From Monocercomonoides exilis PA203 (taxonomy: Eukaryota > Protista > Preaxostyla): a stretch of 64,000 nt of DNA. Below, piece by piece: positions 44,188 to 55,744 of the stretch. The translations under genes were made by a program, and so were the position numbers. Each line of letters opens with the position of its first letter. Positions within the stretch are counted from its first letter, which is position 1. Location: the NCBI GenBank assembly GCA_001643675.2, contig LSRY02000007.1, positions 868,001 through 932,000 of the forward strand, read 5' to 3'. The notes under the pieces were generated by a model that was not told the DNA's origin, did not search any database, and was given only the letters and a program-made list of their open reading frames with translations.

Positions 44188-45965
44188 TCAGCCGCATCTA
44201 GTGGGGCACTGATCGCAGCACCCAGAGAGTGAGTCTTCGCACCCTCTGTTGCACACACGCCGGTCCAGGTCGCAAGCAAGCACCGCCTGCTGCCCGACTG
44301 CCTGTGCTGCGCAGAGGTCGTACTTCACAGTGCACTCGTTGAGGCAGTCCTGGTGCTGCTCTCTGCACATCGCCGAGCAGGCGCCCGCGGTGTAGCTGCC
44401 GGCAAAGGCCACCGTCTCGGACAGGCGCGCCTCGCACGTCTGGCGGCACAGCCTGCGCTGCTGGTAGCACGCGACCTCGCAGGTCATCGAGCACTCGCAG
44501 CCGTTCAGACACGTCTGGAACTCGTCCTCGCAGTTGGAAATGCATACACCGTAGTCGAACTCTGCGTTCTGGAACGGCGTCGCACCGACTGGGCACTCCG
44601 CCAGGCACTGTGTGTTCAGCTCGTCGCAGGTGAGCTGGCACTGCCTCCGGTCTGACTGGCACTCCAGTTCGCAGTCCGTTGGGAGCTGCGACCTCCGCTG
44701 CCGGCAGCGGTTGATGCACTGATTTGTATCGCTGGAAAGAGAAGGGAAGGAAAGGGAAGGGAAGGAGAGGAAATGAGTGTGATGTTGATGGAAAGAAGGA
44801 AAGATGATAAATGAAAAGAAGGATGTGGCGAAATATTTATGTATTGGATTTGAAGAGAAAATGAAATGAAAATAATTGTTTAAAAAAGAGAGAGAGGAAG
44901 GAGATGGGAAAACATACCGATCGCATTGGTCCAAGCAAATTTGGAATGTTGCTCCACACATGACAAGACAAACATCTGCGGTGTTTGCGTCGCAATCCAA
45001 GCCACAACTAACAGATGCTAATCGGCACTTCGATGAGAAAATTTCAAAAAAAAATGTGAGAAAGAAAATGCAATGGAAACAAATTTTTGAATGTTAAATG
45101 AGTACTTGTTCTCTGCAAGTTCTTAGCAACTTTTTGCATTCAGCTCGATCAACAAGCGGAGGTTGTCCAACAGGAGGGGTTACGCAAGTTCTGTTTTTGA
45201 AAGGAAAAATACGAGTTGAAAATCTAAAATGTAATTTAATTCCAGAGCAAACAAATAATCGTTGTTGCACATGTTCAGACAATTAGATTCATCTTGCTAA
45301 ATGAATATTTTCATATGTTTAGAGATAAAAGCCTCATTCATGCAAAAGAAACAAACTAGACAAGCTGCTGCACAAAGTTCAAATGTTGGTATCGCGCATT
45401 GCGCAACGCAAGCAGTAAAGCCTTGAGTGCATGTGCTCGTTTGATCTTCTTTTCGTTCTTGGCTATCATATTTAAAGAATATCAAGTTGAGGAGGAAAAT
45501 AATCATACAATAAATCATACCAATGCATAAGCCCTTGCGGAGTTGAAGCCTTCAATTGGCATCTTTTGAAATCAATGTCTGCAGTATCGATGCATTTTTC
45601 TAATTGAAGAGAGCAAACGTCTTCACAAGAGCATGAAGAAACGCTTGCCATGGCTTGGGATGCAGCAAATTGCATTCCACAGTTAACTTCACATTCTCTT
45701 CTCGTTTCTCTGCAAGCTGAAATGCATCCCAAGTCAGATGCAGGACTGCAGCAAAGTTATGTGAAAAAAATGATTATTGAGCGCATACCAAGTTTCAAGG
45801 CATGTTAAAAACGAATTCTCACAATTTAATGCACATCCAGAAATTCCAGCTGATGAAAGAGGTATTCCTTGGCTAAATACTAAAATATGATTGAAAAATG
45901 TTTAATTAAGGTTAAATCAGCATACCAAAAGAAGTTAGGATGCAGCACAAAAAATAATAAAGCAT
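44188..45965 (-). CDS. 414-aa secreted Cys-rich protein with C-x3-C-x6 periodicity. Exons 45965-45926, 45879-45789, 45745-45521, 45462-45357, 45296-45253, 45190-45106, 45027-44918, 44731-44188
   Basis: Seven GT..AG introns; exons total 1245 nt, giving an open frame ending in TGA. Signal-like N-terminus MLYYFLCCILTSFVFS. About 62 Cys, with the Cys register preserved across splice junctions. Confidence 0.85.
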
Positions 45966-47950
45966 CGTAAATGTATTACAAAAAGAAAAGGGAAGATTCA
46001 AAGAAAAGATTCATGTAGAAAATGACAAGTTTTACAGTTCAACATTTATAAAATATTGTGGTGTACTTTGATCAAAGAGAAAGTTTATTGGACAAAAGAA
46101 ACAACTTCGCTATCAATTTTTGTATGTATAAAATAATATGTTTCAAGAAAATATTAAATAATTATTTGTCAAATATCACCTAGTGTCACAATTTTTTTCA
46201 ATTGACAATAATTTAGTAATAAACAGCAATGAAAAATTATTTTCGCTCAGTAAAGCTAAATTTTTCAAATTAAGAAGTCTTTCGAATTATCTATTCAAAG
46301 GATCCATTTTTGTTTTTATTTGGATAATTCTGATTTTTGAATGAAAAAACACATCCTCCTTATATTCATCGCTAATGACCATTTTCGAATCAGCAACAAT
46401 TATTTTGAAGAATAATAACATATAAAACTTTGCAATGCGATGTTATCTCAATTTTTGTTTGCATCTTCTTTTTCACTCGAAGAGGATGCATAAAGAATCT
46501 CCTTCTCTATCAACATTCTTTATCAATTTTTGTCTCTTCCAATCTATTTCAGAAAAACAAAAAAATGGAAGCAGAAATTTCTTCCTTTCCGCAAACAAGT
46601 ACCAGGCTCATTTCCTCAGTCCAATTTGCGGAAGAACCGCACTTTCTTTTCATCCACTAAAACTCTTCCACTTCACTCGAACATGGCATTTTTTCATCCA
46701 CACTGATCTCATCACAAAAATATCTGCTCAAGCGGAAAAGAAAACTGCAAAATAAGTTCAATAGTTGAATGTTCAATTCCTTTTATTTCAATTTTAATTC
46801 GTATTAACACCATGTTTCCAACTGTTCTCTCAGTTAGAATAATGCAACGGGGAAAATGCAGTTGTTGAAAAAGTCAAATAAAGAGGTTCTGAATTAACTG
46901 AGGAAGATTGCATCTAATCCATCAAAACGAATAGAACAAATCATTATGAGACATATTCAAACCTTTCTTTGATAAGTTTCCGAAATATTGTGCTAATTCC
47001 TTCATTCACTTCGCTTCATTAACGCTCGAAACAAAAGAAAAACGATCAGTTTTGTTGTTTGTGTCAGGGATCAAAAAGCACATTTGCTTCTATTAAGTTC
47101 TTTTTGATTTAAAAAAAATGTATTTGGCAGAGCGGATGACAGACGATATCAAAAGTGCTGGATTCAAACTTAAATTGAGATAATATCTTTCATTTTATTG
47201 CTTTGTTGAACTTTGAGCATATTGCTTGAACATTGGAACTTCTCTTCGTTCATCTTTTCGCAATAATCCCATCTTTTGAAGAAATATTGATTCCTCAATT
47301 TACATTATTGACCTTTATCTGTGGTCATTCAGCATATTTTTATCATTCCTTCGAGTGTCAATAAGTCTTTGCCTTCGTTCATTCAATCAATTTCGATTTT
47401 TGGATTTTCATTTCTATCATCATTGAAAAATCTTTAATTTTCGGAACGAAATTGAAAAGAGCGCAATTCAATAATTAACAAAAATTTTTGAGTATGTGTG
47501 CATCAGATTCTATTGTTTCAAATTCGAGCAGTTTCAAAAAATTAGAATCAATGCAATCCACATTATTGTTGAATTGCTTTCTTTTATCCCCTCTTCTATC
47601 GAATTCCATTTTCATACAAAAATTGTAGTAAATTCTTAAACGAGAGAACAAATGTTCATATTTATTTGAACCTTATTTATTAATAATTCTCAATTCGAAA
47701 ATTTAAAACTGATTTTGGTTTGATCAGAAAGAAGCAAAAGATTTGACATTAAGTTGTTTTTAATACAGATCAATTCTTTTGTTCTTTCATTTTCGTTTTT
47801 ATTCTGGATTTATATAAACCAAAGCAATTGATATTGCGACTATTACTCTTTTTATTTTGCGAGACTTATAACAATGTTTATCTTTATATTCTATTTTGTT
47901 GCTTGCTAAGATTTGTTCCTCATTTTGAATATTTTTTTGTGACAAACAGA

Positions 47951-49402
47951 ATGAGTATATGTGAAGATGATAAATGTGAAAACGGAGTTCAGACAATGAC
48001 CAGAGCCGAGAAGTTTTCGAGTTTGCTTGTCTATTTGGATTGAACAATTGTGAACAAATATTTTGTTTTTTTGAATTCTATTTGCAGAATTGTTTTGCGA
48101 ACTGGAGCATTGCACAGAAGATGAACAAGAACAGATAATCATTGAAATGAACGAACTTATTGATACGATGAACGAAGATGAATATTATTCTGTTTCTTCA
48201 ACAGAGTTGTTCAATAAAATATGCAAAATGATTGAAGAAAGGAAAATGTCCATAAAAAATTCAGTATTGCTGCTGAAATTTATGGGATATTGCAAAGCAT
48301 TGAAAACTTTGTATGACCTTCACTTTGAAGAATCTTCGTTGCGTACAAATTTTGAGAAGATGATAATTGATGAAAGCAAGAAAAAAAAAGAAAAGAAAGA
48401 AAAACTTTTAGTGGATCTTTGTGAATGCAATCTGATGCTGAATGAATATGTTATGTCAGAAGAATTGTTATCAGTCTGTGTTCAATGCCTTATGAAAGTT
48501 GCTTCGAGCAGAGAGAAAAGGGAGGAAGAAAAAAAACAAGTGGAAATGGCTTTACTCTCTTTAAGTTACAGTGGATGTTGGAACGTTTGTTCAATTATGT
48601 TTCACATGTGAGATTTTCTGAATTTTTTGAATACAATCATTAGAATATGGCAAAAGATCTGCATTTTGATGAGATCAAAGAAATCATCCAATATCATCAG
48701 GAACACAACAATCTGACACAACTAGCTTATCAGTCTGTTTGGGAGTTTTTGATGTACGGACTTGAATATGATGGAAGTTTAGAATATATTATTGTGAATA
48801 AACTGCATTTTGTGAGAGAGGCAGTGAGGGAAATAGACGAACTGTCGCGTTGCGTGGATTGGATGAGAAAAGAAAAAAACGAAAATGAATTGAAAAAAGT
48901 GTTGATAATTTTGATGAGATGGCTTAGACTTGTGGATTATTATTTCTATGAATGTGGATTGTGGAACGAAGCATCAATTGATCTTTTATTCAGCGTTATG
49001 AGGGTGTTTCGGGTATCAAGAGAAAATGAAAGAGCGATAAGAGGCATCTGCCTTAAATCATTTCAAAGTGCTATGAAAAACATTGATGTGGAAGTTGAAG
49101 ACTTGTTGAAAAGTGGTGCTGTCGATGCTGTTTTGGGGGAAATAATTCAATCAAATGTTGATAGCTTTCTAACTGATTACAGTTTGTCGTTTTTAAGAGA
49201 ACTTTGCGTTCGATTGATGAGCAAAATAGAAAAAAAGCAAGGGAAAATCCATCGAACAGAGCTGAAAAGAATGGTGTTTGAAAGCATGGAGGAAGAAGGA
49301 TATGAAGATTGCATTATCAGATTGTGCCAATCCAAGGCTGGTGAAATAGATAATTCATATTTCTTGATAAAAAAACTGGAAGATTATTTTGTTAACATTT
49401 AG
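47951..49402 (+). CDS. Alpha-helical hypothetical protein (~440 aa) of a lineage-expanded family. Exons 47951-48020, 48088-48584, 48644-49402
   Basis: GTTTG..AG introns 48021-48087 and 48585-48643 join the three ORFs in frame. The pattern KFSKLFCELEHCTEDEQEQIIIEMNELID..HHNLTQLAYQS-like..MEEEGYED recalls an expanded Monocercomonoides family (from memory). Confidence 0.8.
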
Positions 49403-50009
49403 TTTTTCTTTGCTATTATTCTCTTCTTTTGTTTTGTTTTCGCTGAATTTATCTTTTGCCGAACATTTATTTTCATGTTTTTAGAAATGCTTTTTGAATA
49501 ATGAAGAATTTGAAAACTTTGATCATGTGAACTCAATCTGCGAAAACAAACTTTTTTTCCTCACTTCCCTATCTTGAGAATGACTGTTTTGATTTCTCTA
49601 TTTTCCATCAAAGCTCACTATAATTTTTTTTTGAATTTTCATTCTTTCTATTTACTTCATATTTGTATTTAAGAGTGCAATAATTCTCCCATTTTCTGTT
49701 TACCGAGAATTAAAGGAAAATATTGGATATTGATCTGATAACTTGGTTGATGGGTGAAAAATTGGAATATTCAAATTGAAAAAAGGCACAATAGTGTTTT
49801 TTTATTGTGAAATAACTTATCTTAATAAAAATTCAATTCGAATTTTGATCATGAATTCAAATTTTATAAACAAATGTTATAAGATGACAAAAAATGAACT
49901 GTTCAATACCGTTCGTTTATTGAAAACGTTTATCTTTGAGATTATTTCAATATTATAAGTCATTTGATTTTGAATTGATTGCCGATTTCAATGAATTAGT
50001 GTATACATA

Positions 50010-50268
50010 TGGGTGATTATTTTTGAAATCATATATTTTTTCTGGGTGTTGATTTTTCAAAGGTTGTTTGCTTTTTGAAAGAAAATGTTAATTAAAAAGA
50101 GCAAAATCTTGATATTTTTTTTCAGAAAAAAAATGATTTATCAGAATCAAAGATTTAAATGCATTCGATAAGCCTTTTTTCTTATTAATTTTTTTTATTG
50201 ATATTCAAGATCATTTTTAAAACCGAAAATTTTGAAAGAAATAATATGATTTCAAAAATAATCACCCA
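50010..50268. mobile_element. 259-bp MITE with perfect 25-bp TIRs, TA-flanked
   Basis: TGGGTGATTATTTTTGAAATCATAT at 50010 and its reverse complement ending at 50268; TA at 50008-09 and 50269-70. Confidence 0.85.
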
Positions 50269-50352
50269 TATACGAAACGAAAAAATTAACGATTATCTAA
50301 AAAATCACCCATTTATGCATTGTGCATATAGAACCTGACATGTAACAAAATA

Positions 50353-50758
50353 TTGTTAGTGTAAATAATGGTGGACACTTTCAATAACTTTGGACAGTCG
50401 CATAATCTCAACAACAGTTGACAGTTGGATTTGGACAATTAACACAATTATTCCTTCAATGAATACAAACTTATATATCAAACAAAAATGAAACAATTTG
50501 CTCCCAAGAATAAAGAAAAACACATTTTTTATTTTCGGAGAAACTCGGAGAAATAAGATTCTCCGAATTTCTCCGAAAACTAAAATTATTTTTTATAATA
50601 TTTTATTGTGTTGGATGGGTGATTGAAACAATGCATATTTGTTTGCATTTAATGAAAGAATTATTAGGTTTATTGTCAAAAAGCAACAATCAATGGTTTC
50701 TGACAAAATGCCACTGTCCACAGTTATTGAAAGTGTCCACCATTATTAACACTAACTA
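50353..50758. mobile_element. 406-bp palindromic MITE with ~50-bp TIRs and a conserved central hairpin, TA-flanked
   Basis: Ends T[T/A]GTTAGTGT[A/T]AATAATGGTGGACACTTTCAATAACT[T/G]TGGACAGT[C/G]GCAT (4 mismatches in 51). Central inverted motif at 50532-50579. TA at 50351-52 and 50759-60. Confidence 0.88.
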
Positions 50759-52127
50759 TACCAGAAAAGATCGTTTTCTCAATAACAGCAAGAAGTGAAT
50801 TTCAGAAAAATTTCCTTCTAATATATCTCATCAAAACAAACTCATTTGATATACGGGACTTTAAAACCAGCTTCATTTGAACTCAAAAAATTATTATTAA
50901 AATCTCGTAGGAATAGAGTTTTGAGTTTCTCCAAGATTTCATTAATTGCTAAGGAAAGTGTTCTTTAAATATGAAAGTGAAATTCTCGCAGCCCAACAAA
51001 GTCGGTTAAGTTTATATATATATAGAGGATATATATCACACTTTCTTCAATTGTACAAATTGAGAAAACAATCTTGTCCGGAATTTTGAATAGAATCTGG
51101 TATTTTATACACAATCAACACAATCTTTTATTCGAAATTTGTAAACTTTTATTTTAAAACTTATAAAATCGAGTATTTTGATTAAAATTATTTTTTTTGC
51201 AAAAATTTGGTTTTAAGCTGAATGACGGAAAGTGATGAAAATGTTGTATTTAGTCAATATTCAAATATAGACTGGAAATTGAATCTGCAACATTACAGAT
51301 AGTGCAAAAAATACCGGACATCGCAAAAAATACCGGACAAAAAACTTTAAAATGGTATGATCAATTCCATGATATCTGTGATTAAAGTTCAATTTCTTAT
51401 ATTTCATTGATTTTGGAAATTTTTATGCACTTTCTGCAAAAAAGCCAAGAAAATCGTGACAAATTTTTTTATGGGATGATAAAAATATGTTGCTTGCGAA
51501 AAATGAAGCAGGGTGTTAATTGAAGGAGAAAGTGATGGTTGAAAATGCAGATTTCCAATGATTAAAATATTGGAACGAACTTTTTCAATAGAAACTTACA
51601 GAAAGAAGCAGTTCCGAGTTCAACAACAGTAACAATAATTATAAGTTTGTTTCGAGTTGAAAGATGAATGATGTTTGATGTTCATCGACGAGAATGAATC
51701 ATAACCACAAATTGAAGCGAAAAAAAATGAATGAGCCTCCTCTGTGATGATGTGGGACATCTTCTTATTGATTCCTTTAATTATCCTTAACGAAGGAATA
51801 TGCATTTCCATGTTGAATAAATATTGGAATAGAAAAATGTTTGTTAATTGTTATTTTGTTTGGAGTGGCTATTCTTATTTGAAAAAAATATTTCTTTTGA
51901 TAATCAATTAAAAACAATTAAACAATTAAAGAATTTGACGAATACAGTAATGTTTTCTTGTTAATTTGAAGAAGTTTCACATTTGGTTCTTCCTTTGAAT
52001 TTTTGTATTGACATATTCAGAACATAAACAAAAAATTTTCTGCCTTTTTTCATCATTTCATAGAATTTCAAAAATAAACTTAATTCGTTGTGGACGTTTG
52101 ATGTCTTATTTGTACAAGAAGTGAGTA

Positions 52128-52128
<1 letters not shown>

Positions 52129-52165
<37 letters not shown>

Positions 52166-52201
52166 AAAAAAAAAGGAAAAAAAAAAAGAGAGAGAGAGAG
52201 A
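52129..52201 (+). repeat. poly(A)/(GA)n purine tract inside the TIR element
   Basis: A-runs interrupted by GG, followed by (GA)n. Confidence 0.85.
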
Positions 52202-52469
52202 CAATTTTTGAGTTTGGATAGACAACAATTTGACAAACTTATTTTGTTCAATGAAAAGATAAAAACAATCACTTAAATAATAACAAATTATTTCATTTCT
52301 CTTTATCTGGAAACATTATTCATTTATTTTGAAAATATAAAGAAAAAGTGTATAAAAATAACACAAAAAATTGAACTTAACTGTTATTGAAAACCTTTAT
52401 CCACCTTTATATCATTTCCTCAATGTTTTCTTCTATTCTTCTATTTAATTAATTTCATTCAAAGATTAA

Positions 52470-53503
52470 TACCCGCATCTCCTGCCCTCTCCCTAGCCAT
52501 CGCCAATAACATCGCTAACATCGAATGAAAACAGCTTAATAGTTTGACTACCACCAATGGAGGGTATCCAGTTCGCTTCATCAGTACGTGCCAACAAATT
52601 TTCTGTGAGCAGCACCACCTTTTTCAACTTGTGTGTGAACGAGGACACATATTTCAGAATTAGAGGCAGAACACTCATGATCGAGGTTAACCAAAACTCG
52701 GCAGGGTCACAATCCTCCTTTTCCATCGCCAATGTCGTGTTTTCAGCCAACAAGATTAGTTTCAGAAAAGATGAGTATTTTGCGTGTGAGCCCCTTGTCG
52801 CTTTTGTGAAAGAGCCCTTGTTTGCCTTCATGAGAAGCTTCATTCAGAAAGACAACTCGATTGTTGCACATTACAGATCAGAGGCATTTGGCAACTGTGA
52901 TGTCGACTTGCTTATGTTCTTCGATGGTTTCTTTTCTGATTCGGTGTATGTGGATGGAACACCAAGAGTGAAAGAGATGTGTTGTGGAACATTGAAGGCT
53001 CCTGTAAAAATGTGAATTTTGAAATGGGACATTTGAAGAGAACACTGAATATTAAAGAGGAAATTATTCTGTGTCCAAAATCGTCTTCAACAGGATGTTT
53101 GGATATGGGAGGAATGAATGTGAAGGCAAAAACTGTGACAATTGAAGAGATTGAATGTCAAACAGAAGTGAGTGGCTCTGAAGAATGCAATATGAAATCA
53201 TCATCACTGACAGAAATGGAGTTCGTTGGGATTGTTATTCCATCGAGTTTTAACAGAACAATCTCAGCAGTGATTGAATCGAGCACTCAAAAGGGAGAGT
53301 TGCACCAGAAGAATCAAGCGACAAGTGTTATTGAAGGAAAGAGGCGTTCAACTGAATTTCCTTTTGTCAAATCAATAGTGAAGATGGTTGAACTGAACAC
53401 TGTCACAAACTCAGATGCGAAATCGACGTTCTCACTGTTAACATTTTTCTCTCGGGAAATGAATATAAAATGGATAGCGAAGAAAAATAAAAAACTGAGC
53501 TAA
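52470..53503 (+). pseudogene. Frameshifted internal fragment of the beta-helix surface-protein family
   Basis: FSVSSTTF..FSANK..DVDLLMFFDGFFSDSVYVDG..CCGTLKAP followed (after a frameshift near 53000) by CKNVNFEMGHL. This parallels FSVASTTF..FTQND and YFGSNVYVDG..LCGSSNRPCLTVEYGLTHL of 18328-27783. No signal peptide or TM. Confidence 0.78.
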
Positions 53504-55744
53504 AAAATTAACAACAAAATGATTGTGAATTGATCGGGATGTAGTTGAATGTCTCTCAAAATTTCTTGAAGATCATCTGTTTGCAGCCGTTCGAAACTTA
53601 ATTTTTCTTTTCTTCAATTCAACATCAACATAATTGTTAACTCTTTCTTTATTTGAATCATTGCATAATCAGAAAAACTCTTTTAAAAAACGATTTCAAC
53701 AAATATTTTATTATAGAACATGACATTTAATTAATGGTCATCTTGATCGAAATAATGAAAGATTTCATGATCTTTTTTAACTTTCATTCTTTTACGTGTC
53801 AGATGTTGAAAAAAATGAACTTATGAAATGAATATTTGATGAATTGATTGTTTTGTTATGAATGTTGTTTCTATTTATCAATTATGATTCTAAAATATTT
53901 TTTTTTCATTAGCTTGAAGACAATAACTTCAGATTTATTTGGATTCCATATTTTGATCGTTCTTTTTCATTAACCATATTCAAACATATATGTTTGTTCG
54001 TTGAATTCAATTTTATTTCTTTTTTTTATTGTTGTTTTCGACTGTTGATCTTGTACGAATTTTACATAATTGCAAAGTTTTTTATCATTGATAAAAAGTT
54101 GTACAGCTCTATTTACTGGTTTTACAGTTTTCAAAGAAACAATTCTTATTAATTTTGTATTTTATTTCAAAAACAGGAAAGTGATTATTTAGATATTATT
54201 TGTGTTGATTTTGTTGTAAATATTGTTATTATGAGGAAGAGACTTGTTGATATTCATTTCTTGTTGTATTTTATTTGCATTGTGAATAACAGTTTTTTTG
54301 CTTTGTATTTGATATCATTTCGTTTTATGAATTATTTAAATACGTTTAATCCTCGAATGCGAATGTTTATTTGTTATTCAATGATTTTTAACCACCAAGC
54401 ACATATTTTAAATAATCGTGAAAGCAAAATTTACATTGTGTAAAAACTACAAAAAAATCATTAAAGATTTAATGGGTTCATAATCAAGAGTTATTGAAAT
54501 AATTAAAAAAAGCTTATTTATTAAATTGCATAATGAATTATGCGCATGTTCATTTGAAAAAAAAATAAAAATTTCTACAAACCCTTTATTGTTAATGTTG
54601 TCCGGTATTTTTTGCGATGTCCGGTATTTTTTGCACAATCTATATTATTTGTCGAAAAACTTAAAAAAATCTTCATTTTCTTAAAAAAATCATCATCATG
54701 GAAATCGGATTATCTTTGAATTATTTCAAATCACATAGTCAGATTTCACATAATGCAATCATGATACTTTATTTTCATTTTCATATATTCAGAAGATCAA
54801 TAAAAACAAATGAAAATTTATGAAAGTGCTTTTATCAATTTACTCAATTGTGTAAATAAATGTTTTCTTCATCTTGTTTTGATGTGAATAATATATTTGG
54901 ATAATACAATGTGTAATCCAACATATGTGTGATTTTTTATGGGATCATTAAAATCGACTCTTCAAATATGATAGAAGGAATTGGAAAAAAAAAGTTATTT
55001 ATTGAAATATAAATACTTTTTAAATAATAATTGTGTATTTTTTTTTTTGAAAAACTCAACGACTAAAATTTTGTCCCACAAAAAATCAAAATTGATCATT
55101 CTGTTCCCATCATACATTTTTGTTAATTCCACATATGTATTTATTTCACATATCAGCGAATATAAAGTTTCAATAAGATCGATATTACATAAACTATTAA
55201 CTAACTTTTCATTTTTGATTTTAAAAAATAATCTATTAGTTGTTATTTGTGTCAAACTATTATTTTCATAAATATTGACCTTTTTTATTTCATTAATTTG
55301 AATAGACATTTTGATTTTTTGAATAATTATAAACATTTCAACATTTCAATGAGTTGAAAAAACGAAAAGGTGAAAAATCGTTAATCCTGTATAATTTTTT
55401 GAAAGTTAATAGTTATGAAAATATAGAAGCAATGATACATATGAATGAAAAACTATTATCAAATATTCGAACAAATTAATTGATTACATATATTTTATTT
55501 AAAAATTAATATTATTTGCAATTAAAACATCAAAATGCTTGAAATAAAAAATTCAAAATGATGTTTATCATTTTTTGATCAAATCATGAATTGCATCTTT
55601 TTGTTGAGGTTATTTTTCTTTTTCTTTTTTGTTCATCTTTTTCTAATTACACTCATTTTTTTCAAAGAATTTCAAAAAAGGAGCAAATGCTTCACTAATC
55701 TTGATAATGCATAATCTTTTTTTGAAAATTATTTTGTAATATGC

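Larger units (their letters stand above)
51296..54642. mobile_element. 3347-bp non-autonomous Tc1/mariner-like TIR element with TA target-site duplication, carrying a host gene fragment
   Basis: 45-bp TIRs CAGATAGTGCAAAAAATACCGGACATCGCAAAAAATACCGGACAA, 43/45 identical. Filled site: CAACAT-TA-[element]-TA-TTATTTGTCG. Empty site: CAACAT-TA-TTATTTGTCG on the minus strand at 60809-60810. Confidence 0.92.

Noticed and set aside
46841-46915. Integrase-like phrase ENAVVEK(V)NKEVLNxLRKI
   Set aside because: It needs a frameshift and a stop, and no upstream DD residues or other retroelement motifs were found. Too weak without a TBLASTN/HMM test.
1-49402. Genome-wide alternative code (TAG/TAA = Gln)
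   Set aside because: ORFs of 2884, 3151 and 4147 codons contain no in-frame TAR, and intact genes end in TAA, TAG or TGA.
51296-54642. Autonomous transposon
   Set aside because: No DDE/D transposase ORF is visible between the TIRs.
54981-55336. Overlapping 96-aa and 113-aa ORFs
   Set aside because: Very AT-rich repeat-derived DNA with compositional ORFs and no motif.
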